Below are positions 48,848 to 57,512 of a stretch of 64,000 nt of DNA, piece by piece. The DNA is from a virus. Taxonomy: Duplodnaviria; Caudoviricetes. Under the pieces are notes generated by a model. It was not told where the DNA came from and did no database searches. It saw only the letters and a list, made by a program, of their open reading frames with translations. The first letter of the stretch is position 1, and the number at the start of each line of letters is the position of its first letter. Position numbers and translations under genes: made by a program. Where the stretch lies: the IMG/VR virus record IMGVR_UViG_3300008740_000001, positions 96,001-160,000 of that record; one strand, written 5' to 3'.

Positions 48848-49372
48848 ATGCGCCACATCAGCGCTCTTTTCACGGCAGCTATTTTTTCAGGTTGTACTTT
48901 CCATGCCGACGCAGACGGCTGGATTTCACCCGGATACCCAGAAGACACCGGTACGACAATTGTCGATACCAGCGGCCATTCTGGCAATCATTCTATGATC
49001 GTCGATACATACGCCGAATGCTGGCTTATGCAGAACAACACTAATGGAGAGTATGGTTGGTACTTTGAAGCAGTGGTGGACTACGCCAACCATCACTTGG
49101 AGGCAATTGACGAGGTGTGGGTTGATGTCTACGACGGCGGAGGCCTTCTATTTTCTCAACTGATGTACGACGAGGTTGACTACGAAGCTTGGCTCCGACC
49201 ACCTGCAGCAGCAACTTTCGGATATCAGACCGACGAGTTGGACGGTGTGTTCATGTACGCAAATGTTGAACAAAATGTAAACCTTAAGTGCAACTCTAAC
49301 ATCCCTTATGATGTGTATACTACGGTTTATGATATTTATGGGAATTACGAAACAACTGTAGAATATCTTTAA
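48848..49372 (+). CDS. Putative lipoprotein, acidic beta-rich
   Basis: MRHISALFTAAIFSGC lipobox-like signal; SD GAGG. Confidence 0.65.
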   Translation: MRHISALFTAAIFSGCTFHADADGWISPGYPEDTGTTIVDTSGHSGNHSMIVDTYAECWLMQNNTNGEYGWYFEAVVDYANHHLEAIDEVWVDVYDGGGLLFSQLMYDEVDYEAWLRPPAAATFGYQTDELDGVFMYANVEQNVNLKCNSNIPYDVYTTVYDIYGNYETTVEYL

Positions 49373-49380
49373 ACTACTGC

Positions 49381-49409
49381 TTGACTCAGGCCCCTGTATC
49401 TGTTATATT
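49381..49409 (+). promoter_or_regulatory. sigma70-type promoter embedded in 13-bp inverted repeat
   Basis: TTGACT-N17-TATATT with extended TG; arms at 49388-49400 and 49414-49426. Confidence 0.8.
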
Positions 49410-49448
49410 ATATGATATAGGGGCCTTTGTGTATATAAGGAGAAGACT

Positions 49449-49928
49449 GTGAATATCGGAATAGACTTTCATGATACAATTTCGTATGCACCCGAGTTTT
49501 TTAAAAAACTGATCAGAGATTGGCGCGGAAATGTTTATATTGTAACTGGTACCCCGCCTTCAAAGTCGAACGAACTAATCCGAGATTTAGAAAAATATGG
49601 TTTCACTCCAGATGATTTCAAAGGCATTCTTATGGGCTTTGAATACGACAAGAATAAAATGAACTTGTCACACTTCAGGAAGATGGCTAAACACAAACTA
49701 AAACTCTTGCAAGAAAACGATATTCGGGTTTATTTCGACGATAATCCTTTTTATGTAGACTATGTTAGAGACCACGGCATAGTCGCTATGCAGCCAATTT
49801 TGAATAAAGAGTACCTTGCACGCTTCGAAGAAGCCGACCCCTTTTTTACTTGTAACCTTCAAAAGATGCAATTCGATTATCTAGAGGATCTGGAAAATGA
49901 TACCATGGTCCGATCAAAACACGAATGA
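49449..49928 (+). CDS. HAD-superfamily phosphatase
   Basis: IGIDFHDT motif I variant, IVTG motif II, YFDDNP motif IV. Confidence 0.7.
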   Translation: MNIGIDFHDTISYAPEFFKKLIRDWRGNVYIVTGTPPSKSNELIRDLEKYGFTPDDFKGILMGFEYDKNKMNLSHFRKMAKHKLKLLQENDIRVYFDDNPFYVDYVRDHGIVAMQPILNKEYLARFEEADPFFTCNLQKMQFDYLEDLENDTMVRSKHE

Positions 49929-50158
49929 GGCTTGTAGATTGCGAAACTCCAGAAGTAAAACACTTAAAGGTGGGAGACTTAGTAACCTTTGACCCAAAAC
50001 ACTGCGGCCCCGAGTGGGCCGAAAAGATTGCAATTATTCTCGATATTGACATGGATATGTTGACACTTTGGTGCGAATATGATATATTTGATAGACAACC
50101 ATGGTGGGCCGTAACCATATTAAGCAAGGCAACAAATGAAACGAGTATTGATTATTGA
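49925..50158 (+). CDS. Hypothetical protein
   Basis: 77-aa ORF overlapping both neighbours. Confidence 0.55.
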   Translation: MRLVDCETPEVKHLKVGDLVTFDPKHCGPEWAEKIAIILDIDMDMLTLWCEYDIFDRQPWWAVTILSKATNETSIDY

Positions 50159-51101
50159 CGCACTAAATATGTTTTTTAGAGCGTACATTGTAGACCCAAG
50201 TCTTTCCACTAACGGCCAACCCATTGGTGGTCTTAAAGGCTTTCTTAAGATTTTGCAGAAGCAGATCCGCGAGACAAAGCCAGACGAAGTGGTGATTGCT
50301 TGGGACGGCCAAGGTGGTTCCCGCAAGCGTAAGTCGGTTAACAAGAATTACAAAGAAGGACGCAAGCCAATACGTTTGAATCGTTCCATTCGGAACATGA
50401 CCGAGAACGAAGAAATGGAAAACAAGGTGTGGCAACAAACACGCCTATTCGACTATCTAAACGAGATGCCGATCTCTCAGGTGGTCTTGCCAGAGGTGGA
50501 GGCTGATGACGTGATTGCCGCTGTAAAGATTCTCGATTATTATCGCGGCTGGCAAAAGGTTATCGTTTCCAGCGATAAAGACTTTCTGCAATTGTGCGAT
50601 CACGAAACCGTTTTGTTTCGTCCAATTCAGAAGGTGGTGATGAACCGAAATGATGTTGTGGAAGAATATGGAATCCACCCAGAGAATATGGCCCTCGCCC
50701 GCGCTATCGTTGGTGACAAGTCGGACAACTTGGCTGGCATTTCTGGCATTGGTTTGAAAACTGTTGCTAAGAGATTTCCATTTTTGGCAAACGAGGAAAA
50801 TTGTACAATCGATAACTTGATTGAACACTGCGAAAACCACGAAGAATCAAGCTTGAAGGTATACACTTCGATTGTTGAAAATAGAGAACTAATTGAGGAA
50901 AACTATAAGCTTATGCAGCTTTATGTTCCATCGATTTCCGTACAGGGAAGACAGAAGGTAAAGTACGCCGTAGAAAACTCCGAAAAGAGCTTTAATCAAA
51001 CAGAAATTAATGTTATGATGCTACAAGATGGTATGGGAGTCTGGGATTGGACGACCCTATTTACCACCATGAAACGAATCGTAGCAAACTCAAAGGAATA
51101 G
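50136..51101 (+). CDS. 5'-3' exonuclease / RNase H (T4 rnh, Pol I N-domain-like)
   Basis: LIID..N, AWDG, YK.GR, EADD, SSDKDF.QL, GDKSDNLAG.SGIGLKT (H3TH) motifs. Confidence 0.92.
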   Translation: MKRVLIIDALNMFFRAYIVDPSLSTNGQPIGGLKGFLKILQKQIRETKPDEVVIAWDGQGGSRKRKSVNKNYKEGRKPIRLNRSIRNMTENEEMENKVWQQTRLFDYLNEMPISQVVLPEVEADDVIAAVKILDYYRGWQKVIVSSDKDFLQLCDHETVLFRPIQKVVMNRNDVVEEYGIHPENMALARAIVGDKSDNLAGISGIGLKTVAKRFPFLANEENCTIDNLIEHCENHEESSLKVYTSIVENRELIEENYKLMQLYVPSISVQGRQKVKYAVENSEKSFNQTEINVMMLQDGMGVWDWTTLFTTMKRIVANSKE

Positions 51102-51110
51102 GGGCGCCCA

Positions 51111-52469
51111 ATGGAAGAAAAGGTGGATTTCGGCCGCTACGGTAAGAGGTTTCAAGAGGGACTGTGCCAGCTGGTTTTGCAAGATAGGCCCTTTGCTGAT
51201 CGTATCACTGAAGTGCTGGATTTAAACTTTTTGGAACTGGCATATTTGCAGACTTTCGTTAAGAAGATTGTAGAATATCGTGACAAGTATGGTGTTCACC
51301 CCGAATACGAAACCATGCTTACGATCTTGCGAACCGAAATAGAAGACGAGCCAGAAGTTGTCCAAAAGCAAGTACGCAGCTTCTTTGCGCGCATTCACAA
51401 GTCCGACGTTGAAGGGCCAGAGTATATCAAAGAAATTTCTCTAGATTTTTGCAGGAAGCAGAAATTGAAAGAAGCTATGTTGGAATCTGTGAAGCTTCTG
51501 AAGTCATCCTCATATGATGAGATTTCGCAAGTTATCAACGAGGCTCTTAAGCTCGGATCTGACAATAATTTTGGATATGACTATGTTGCTGATTTCGAGG
51601 AACGCTTTAAGTTTAAGGCCCGGGATCCGATCTCAACAGGCTGGGCCGAGATCGACGCGATCTGTAAGACCGGTCTCGGCAAGGGCGAACTGGGCGTCGT
51701 CATTGCTCCCACGGGTACTGGAAAGTCGATGGTATTGGTACATTTAGGCGCGGAAGCCTTACGACAAGGCAAAACGGTAGTGCAGTATACATTGGAACTT
51801 CAGGACACAACCATCGCCACGCGCTATGATAGCTGCTTAACCAACATCCCACTAGATGAACTAGTGGGGTTCAAGGAAGAGATCTTTGAATTGGTTCAAG
51901 ATATCGAAGGGAAGTTAATTATTAAGGAATACCCGACAAAATCAGCCTCTCTTAAGACGATTAACAACCATCTCGATGGCCTGAAGAAGAGAGATATTGA
52001 TGTTGATGTGGTAATCGTTGATTATGCAGATCTTTTGCGACCAATTAATTCTCAAAGAGAGAAAAGAATGGAACTGGAGGCTATTTACGAAGGACTACGC
52101 GCAATTGCACAAGAGCGCAAATGCGCAGTATGGACGGCCTCGCAGACAAATCGCGGAGGTCTGAACGCAGAGGTGATTACAATGGAGTCAATTTCAGAGG
52201 CTTTTAACAAGTGTTTTGTTGCAGACTTTATTTTTTCGGTTTCTCGCACAGTGCAAGACAAGGCCACCAATAGTGGGCGAGTATTCATTGCAAAAAACAG
52301 AAATGGCCCTGATGGTTTGATTTATCCTATATACATGGATACTAGCAGAGTCAAGATAAAAGTATTTCCCAGCCAAAACGAAACCATTGAGGGCATCGCT
52401 GCCGTATCAGCTAAAGAACAGCAACAGTCTCTAAAGGACAAGTACAAAAAATTTAAAAGGAAAGATTAA
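51111..52469 (+). CDS. Replicative helicase (DnaB/T4 gp41-like)
   Basis: APTGTGKS Walker A, TLE, VDYADL, TASQTNR, AKNRNG motifs. Confidence 0.93.
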   Translation: MEEKVDFGRYGKRFQEGLCQLVLQDRPFADRITEVLDLNFLELAYLQTFVKKIVEYRDKYGVHPEYETMLTILRTEIEDEPEVVQKQVRSFFARIHKSDVEGPEYIKEISLDFCRKQKLKEAMLESVKLLKSSSYDEISQVINEALKLGSDNNFGYDYVADFEERFKFKARDPISTGWAEIDAICKTGLGKGELGVVIAPTGTGKSMVLVHLGAEALRQGKTVVQYTLELQDTTIATRYDSCLTNIPLDELVGFKEEIFELVQDIEGKLIIKEYPTKSASLKTINNHLDGLKKRDIDVDVVIVDYADLLRPINSQREKRMELEAIYEGLRAIAQERKCAVWTASQTNRGGLNAEVITMESISEAFNKCFVADFIFSVSRTVQDKATNSGRVFIAKNRNGPDGLIYPIYMDTSRVKIKVFPSQNETIEGIAAVSAKEQQQSLKDKYKKFKRKD

Positions 52470-52473
52470 TACA

Positions 52474-54444
52474 ATGAGAGAGAACACAACAGTTAGAAAA
52501 TTCCGGCTCTCCGATACTTTTATCGAGCCGTACAAAACAGCAGAGGTGCCGTGGGGCCCTTTAGGTTATGTAACCTTTAAAAGAACCTATTCGCGGCGCC
52601 TAGATGAATTTGATTCAAGTGCCACGGGGACTGAAGAGTGGTGGCAGACATGTCGACGTGTCATAGAGGGCATGTTTACAATCCAGAAGCGCCATGTTTA
52701 TATGCTCGGATTAGAATGGAACGACGCCAAAGCCCAGCGAACGGCAAAAGACGCCTACGATAGACTCTTTAGTCTTAAGTGGACCCCTCCCGGCCGTGGC
52801 CTGTGGATGATGGGCACAGATTTCGTTGAAACTCGCACTGGCGCTGGCTTGTTCAACTGCGCATTTCGTTCCACCAAGGAACTCTCGTCAAAGGGTGGAT
52901 ACCTTTTTAAGTGGATTATGGACGCTTTGATGGTAGGCATTGGTGTGGGTTTCGACACGCTCGGCGCCGGTTCAGTTACGATCAAGGAGCCAACATGGAC
53001 AGACGAGATTTATCACATCGCAGATTCCAGAGAAGGTTGGGTCGAGAGTGTTGGCATACTCCTCAATGGTTACTTTTTCGGAGAAAAGGTACCAGAGTTT
53101 GACTATTCGCGAATCCGCCCTCTTGGCGCCAAGATACGCGGCTTTGGAGGCACCTCCTCCGGTCCCGCACCGCTCATCGAACTACACAATAATCTTAAAA
53201 TTATGTATTCAAACAGAATTGGGAAAACAATCACTTCTGTAGATATCGTGGATACAGAGAATCTTATTGGCCGCTGTGTTGTTGCTGGGAATGTCCGCCG
53301 GAGCGCAGCACTAGCGCTTGGCCAATATGATGATCGCGAATATCTTGAAATGAAGAACGACGAAGACGCTCTCTATCACCACCGATGGGGTTCAAACAAC
53401 TCTTTTGTGGCCGAAGTTGGTATGGACTATACTTGGCATGCCGAACAATCTCAAAAGAATGGTGAGCCGGGATACATCTGGCTTGATCAGGCACGCTCAA
53501 AGGGGCGCTTTAAGGATCCGAATCGGTATGACGACAAAAACATTATGGGGTTCAACCCATGCGTAGAGCAACAGCTTGAAGATGCGGAATTGTGCTGTTT
53601 GGTAGAAACATATCCAGCAAAGCACGACAGCTATGAAGATTATGTTAAAACGCTAAAGATTGCGTATCTATATGGCAAAACAGTAACCTTGGTGAACACA
53701 CACTGGCCAGAGACTAACGCAATCATGCTCAAAAACCGGCGCATCGGCCTCTCTCAAAGTGGCGTGATTCAGGCGTTCAACAAGCATGGTCGTCGACAAA
53801 TGTATAATTGGTGCGACCGGGCCTATGATCACGTACAGGATTTGGATGAGCAGTATTCCGACTGGTTGTGTATCCCCAGATCTGTACGTATGACTTCGAT
53901 TAAGCCATCAGGAACAGTATCTCTGCTGAACGGATCTACTCCCGGGATACACTTTCCAGAGGACGAATATTATATTCGGAGAATTAGATTTTCGAAAACT
54001 TCGGAATTAATTAAAACTTTGGAAGAAAACGGTTATAATGTAGAGGATGACAAGTATTCGCCTAATACTGTAGTCGTAGACTTTCCGGTACATGAGCCGT
54101 ATTTTCATAAAGGCAAGAGGGATGCTAGCATGTGGGAACAGCTTGAAATAGCTGCACAATATCAGCACTATTGGGCCGACAATTCGGTTTCAGTAACTGT
54201 ATCGTTTAAGCCCGAAGAGGGCCCGCAAATTAAGTCTGCGTTGGAAATGTATGAAACGCGACTCAAGGCTGTCTCGTTTTTGAAGTATGAAAAGACGGGC
54301 TATGTCCAAGCGCCCTACGAGCCAATATCTAAAAAGAAGTATGAAAAGTTAATGGCGAAAATTACCCCATTCCAGCGGGCCGAAACAACCGACGCAGGCG
54401 CCGGAACCAAATTCTGTGATGGGGATACTTGTGTGATCAATTAG
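52474..54444 (+). CDS. nrdJ: Class II (adenosylcobalamin-dependent) ribonucleotide reductase, monomeric RTPR type
   Basis: PPGRGLW, FNCAF, GNVRRSA, NPCVEQ, CCLVE, TSIKPSGTVS, C-terminal CDGDTC. Confidence 0.92.
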   Translation: MRENTTVRKFRLSDTFIEPYKTAEVPWGPLGYVTFKRTYSRRLDEFDSSATGTEEWWQTCRRVIEGMFTIQKRHVYMLGLEWNDAKAQRTAKDAYDRLFSLKWTPPGRGLWMMGTDFVETRTGAGLFNCAFRSTKELSSKGGYLFKWIMDALMVGIGVGFDTLGAGSVTIKEPTWTDEIYHIADSREGWVESVGILLNGYFFGEKVPEFDYSRIRPLGAKIRGFGGTSSGPAPLIELHNNLKIMYSNRIGKTITSVDIVDTENLIGRCVVAGNVRRSAALALGQYDDREYLEMKNDEDALYHHRWGSNNSFVAEVGMDYTWHAEQSQKNGEPGYIWLDQARSKGRFKDPNRYDDKNIMGFNPCVEQQLEDAELCCLVETYPAKHDSYEDYVKTLKIAYLYGKTVTLVNTHWPETNAIMLKNRRIGLSQSGVIQAFNKHGRRQMYNWCDRAYDHVQDLDEQYSDWLCIPRSVRMTSIKPSGTVSLLNGSTPGIHFPEDEYYIRRIRFSKTSELIKTLEENGYNVEDDKYSPNTVVVDFPVHEPYFHKGKRDASMWEQLEIAAQYQHYWADNSVSVTVSFKPEEGPQIKSALEMYETRLKAVSFLKYEKTGYVQAPYEPISKKKYEKLMAKITPFQRAETTDAGAGTKFCDGDTCVIN

Positions 54445-54453
54445 GAGTATATT

Positions 54454-54699
54454 TTGCGTCTTACAAAATTAAATCATCTTCTGGATGAGAGGCAGGCAAC
54501 TGGTAGGTGCCCAACGGGTAAACAGCACTGCTGGGTAGCGAGCGGGGAAGTCCGGTCGACCGCAGGAGGACACGTTGTATTGCATTTGCGTTGCAACAAC
54601 TGCAACAAGAGAGAAACGACCTTCTTAACCAACGAAGATTATAGAATACAAGAAACTGTTATCAACAATTCAATTAAAGAACACACCCATAGGAGTTGA
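54454..54699 (+). CDS. Small zinc-ribbon protein
   Basis: C..(H)C and CNNC motifs; TTG start after AGGAG. Confidence 0.55.
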   Translation: MRLTKLNHLLDERQATGRCPTGKQHCWVASGEVRSTAGGHVVLHLRCNNCNKRETTFLTNEDYRIQETVINNSIKEHTHRS

Positions 54700-54700
54700 G

Positions 54701-55018
54701 ATGAGTGATACAACCTTCATACCGTTCAACCGGTATATTTTAGTAAAGAGGCCTCCGCCTCTTGAGTCATCGGATTCAACAGGAATCCTTCTTCCAGACG
54801 AATACAAGAAAACACAGAGTCTTTATGAAACTGTGACTGTGGTGCGTACATCGCCAAACTGCGCCTTCAAAGACAGGATCAAGCCGGGATCTCAGATCGT
54901 GGTTCTTACAAATTTTTTGGAAGAAATCGAAATAGCTGGCGATATTATCACAGTTGTTCTCGAAAATCATGTTTTTGGCAAGTTGTCTTGCCACCTAGGT
55001 GAGCAGCATGGACAGTAA
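54701..55018 (+). CDS. GroES/Cpn10-like co-chaperonin
   Basis: IPFNRYILVKR, mobile loop TGILLP, IKPG..I.V pattern. Confidence 0.72.
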   Translation: MSDTTFIPFNRYILVKRPPPLESSDSTGILLPDEYKKTQSLYETVTVVRTSPNCAFKDRIKPGSQIVVLTNFLEEIEIAGDIITVVLENHVFGKLSCHLGEQHGQ

Positions 55019-55226
55019 CCAACGTGCCTCGCTAGACGACAATCAGATGCTTTTTACGCTTTTGGCTGCGCTTGTCAAGCGTTCTGGCGGCGAGATTCGA
55101 ATTCCCGAAAACGAAATGGACGGGGTGACGAAGAAGGACATGGTGATGTTGTACTATGATCAAGAACAGAAAGAATTGATTTTGGCTACACATTTCCTCA
55201 CAAATAGAGAAGAGACAGAGCACTAG
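55008..55226 (+). CDS. Hypothetical protein
   Basis: 72-aa ORF overlapping upstream stop. Confidence 0.55.
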   Translation: MDSNQRASLDDNQMLFTLLAALVKRSGGEIRIPENEMDGVTKKDMVMLYYDQEQKELILATHFLTNREETEH

Positions 55227-55235
55227 GGAGTAAAA

Positions 55236-55799
55236 ATGAGTAATGATTTGCCTTTACCAAAGGCTCGAAATCTATATTTAGCAAAGCAGGTAGACCAAGC
55301 ATCTATGAATGCGCTGACAAAGGGCATTCTTGAAATTAATGATGACGATGAATATCTCAAAAAGCTATATGCAGTACATGACTTGGAATACAATCCAAAA
55401 CCTATAAAAATCTATATTGATTCTTATGGTGGGGCAGTGTACCAATGTTTTGGTTTGCTCGGCGTGATCGAGAAGAGCGGAACTCCCGTTCACACTATTG
55501 TCACGGGAGCAGCAATGTCTTGCGGATTTATGATTCTCATCAGTGGCCACCATAGGATGGGATATCCGCTATCTACCCCTCTTTATCATCAGGTTTCTTC
55601 TGGATTTTGGGGGAAGGTGCAGGACATAGAAGAAAAGCTAGAAGAGACCAAGAGATTGCAGAAAAAGATTGAAGAGATAACAATTTCTAAAACACAGATT
55701 TCAAAGAAAAAGTTAACTGATATTCTAAAGAAAAAGACCGATTGGTACATGACCGCAGAGGAGGCTTTGGGTTTAGGCGTTATTGATGAGATTGTCTGA
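55236..55799 (+). CDS. clpP: ClpP-family protease subunit
   Basis: IYIDSYGG, GAAMSCG (catalytic Ser), YHQ (His), DWYMTAEEAL.LG.IDEI. Confidence 0.88.
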   Translation: MSNDLPLPKARNLYLAKQVDQASMNALTKGILEINDDDEYLKKLYAVHDLEYNPKPIKIYIDSYGGAVYQCFGLLGVIEKSGTPVHTIVTGAAMSCGFMILISGHHRMGYPLSTPLYHQVSSGFWGKVQDIEEKLEETKRLQKKIEEITISKTQISKKKLTDILKKKTDWYMTAEEALGLGVIDEIV

Positions 55800-56634
55800 T
55801 AAGCACGTTTATCATTATGACAAGGTAATTGTTGGCAATTCTTTATCGGCATTATTATGCGGTTATCATACGGCCACACCGGTTCTTTCCTTGAATCCTC
55901 GACTGCCTCTGTTCTTTGAGAGATTCGAGCCAAATGTAAACTTGGAATTTTTGGGAATCAAAAACGAATCGCGTCAAATTCAAACCAATGTGGGTGAAGA
56001 AACTGTTGGAATAGAGAAAAGTAAAGTTTACCGCCGGCTCATTATGATTATGTCAATGGCCGGCCTGTTACCAATCGGCGCTAAAGCAAAATCGATGCGC
56101 CTCATGGAAGAAAAAAAGATAAGAGTAGTTTTGGACCATGCCAGAGCAGCCAACTTCGTTTGCGAGAATATAACAGTATTCGGAGATAATCTGTTAGAGC
56201 CAGAAATCCCTCCAGAACAATATATGGTTTTAGATTGGATGAATGTGCGCTCTGGCATGGTTCACCCTTATGACCGCATAAGTTCAGATTCAGACTTTGT
56301 TAACTGTATACATTTTTACCCTTCTAAGCGGATTGATGGCAGTCATTTGGACAAGAAAGACTTGGTGTGCGTATCATATCTCACAAGAGAGCAAATGGAG
56401 AATTACGAGTACTCAGACACTTATGCAAGATTCGAGATATCTGATCGCATGAAGGCTTTAGGCATTCGTGGAGCCCGCAATGGCAGGGATCCATCCAACC
56501 CAGAGAGATACAAATACTATGCGCTAAAGATCGAATCTGACCGACGAGAAGCAATGCGAGTGCCTCGTTCCGTCATCTTTGAACCAAAGGCAACCACGGA
56601 TTCATACTTGCAGTATTTGACAGAGAACTTGTGA
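55786..56634 (+). CDS. Hypothetical protein with degenerate FAD/NAD Rossmann-like N-terminus
   Basis: YDKVIVGNSLSAL resembles a beta1-GxGxxG dinucleotide loop with Gly losses. Confidence 0.45.
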   Translation: MRLSDKHVYHYDKVIVGNSLSALLCGYHTATPVLSLNPRLPLFFERFEPNVNLEFLGIKNESRQIQTNVGEETVGIEKSKVYRRLIMIMSMAGLLPIGAKAKSMRLMEEKKIRVVLDHARAANFVCENITVFGDNLLEPEIPPEQYMVLDWMNVRSGMVHPYDRISSDSDFVNCIHFYPSKRIDGSHLDKKDLVCVSYLTREQMENYEYSDTYARFEISDRMKALGIRGARNGRDPSNPERYKYYALKIESDRREAMRVPRSVIFEPKATTDSYLQYLTENL

Positions 56635-57512
56635 GATTACGCCAAAGACACATCGCTGGCATCATCCCGGTGGCCGGCCGCGAAGATATTTTCGGTTTCG
56701 AATGGCCAGACTGTGTAATGCCTTTATCCGAAGATTATACTTGCGTCGAACGAAGTGTGCTTGAGTGCGCTTATGCTGGTTGTAAGACAATTTGGGTAAT
56801 TTGCAACGACGATGTGGCTCCCGTGTTAAAACACCGCATAGGCGAATATGTAAACGATCCAGTTTGGCAACATAGAAAAGACAAATATCCAAGTGATAGT
56901 CGCCGCATTATACCAGTCTTTTATGTCCCGACACATCCAAAAGATGTCAACAAGAGAGATTGTATGGCTTGGAGTATTATCTATGGTGCCCTAACTGCTT
57001 TTAAGATTGGTTCATCTCTTAGTAAATGGGTGGCTCCGTATCGATATTACGTGTCTTTTCCATACGGGATATATGATCCTTCTGTTATCCGAGAGCACAG
57101 AAATAGTATTAAAAAAGAAGAGGTTTTCGCCCTATCTTACGAGCAAAACACAGCAAAAGAGAATAAGTATTTGGGCTTTACCTTTGGGAAAGAAGAATGG
57201 CTAGAGTTTAGGCGGGTCATCCGCTCGGGAACGGGCATGTTCACGTCAGACAACATGGCAGAGGGCAAGTATCCCAGAACATTGTTGCCACTAGCTGAAA
57301 GATATTCCGCCAAAAATTTTTCACTTAGTAAAGTTCTGGCAGCCCTACAACCTACAAATTTAGTCGAGATTGATAGTTATAACTCAATAGACAGTTGGCA
57401 GGATTACGTCGATTATATGGCGTCCGAAAATATTTTAAAAAAACCACATAACTACTTGACAAGTGGTAAGAAATTGAATACAATATATAAAGAAGATAAG
57501 GAGTCTCAATGA
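56631..57512 (+). CDS. Nucleotidyltransferase-fold protein (NTP_transferase-like, degenerate)
   Basis: GIIPVAG start, P.CVMPL, VLECAYAGCKTIWVI pattern; canonical GxGTR and Lys missing. Confidence 0.5.
   Translation: MRLRQRHIAGIIPVAGREDIFGFEWPDCVMPLSEDYTCVERSVLECAYAGCKTIWVICNDDVAPVLKHRIGEYVNDPVWQHRKDKYPSDSRRIIPVFYVPTHPKDVNKRDCMAWSIIYGALTAFKIGSSLSKWVAPYRYYVSFPYGIYDPSVIREHRNSIKKEEVFALSYEQNTAKENKYLGFTFGKEEWLEFRRVIRSGTGMFTSDNMAEGKYPRTLLPLAERYSAKNFSLSKVLAALQPTNLVEIDSYNSIDSWQDYVDYMASENILKKPHNYLTSGKKLNTIYKEDKESQ
57456..57484 (+). promoter_or_regulatory. sigma70-type promoter for dnaE
   Basis: TTGACA-N17-TACAAT. Confidence 0.7.
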
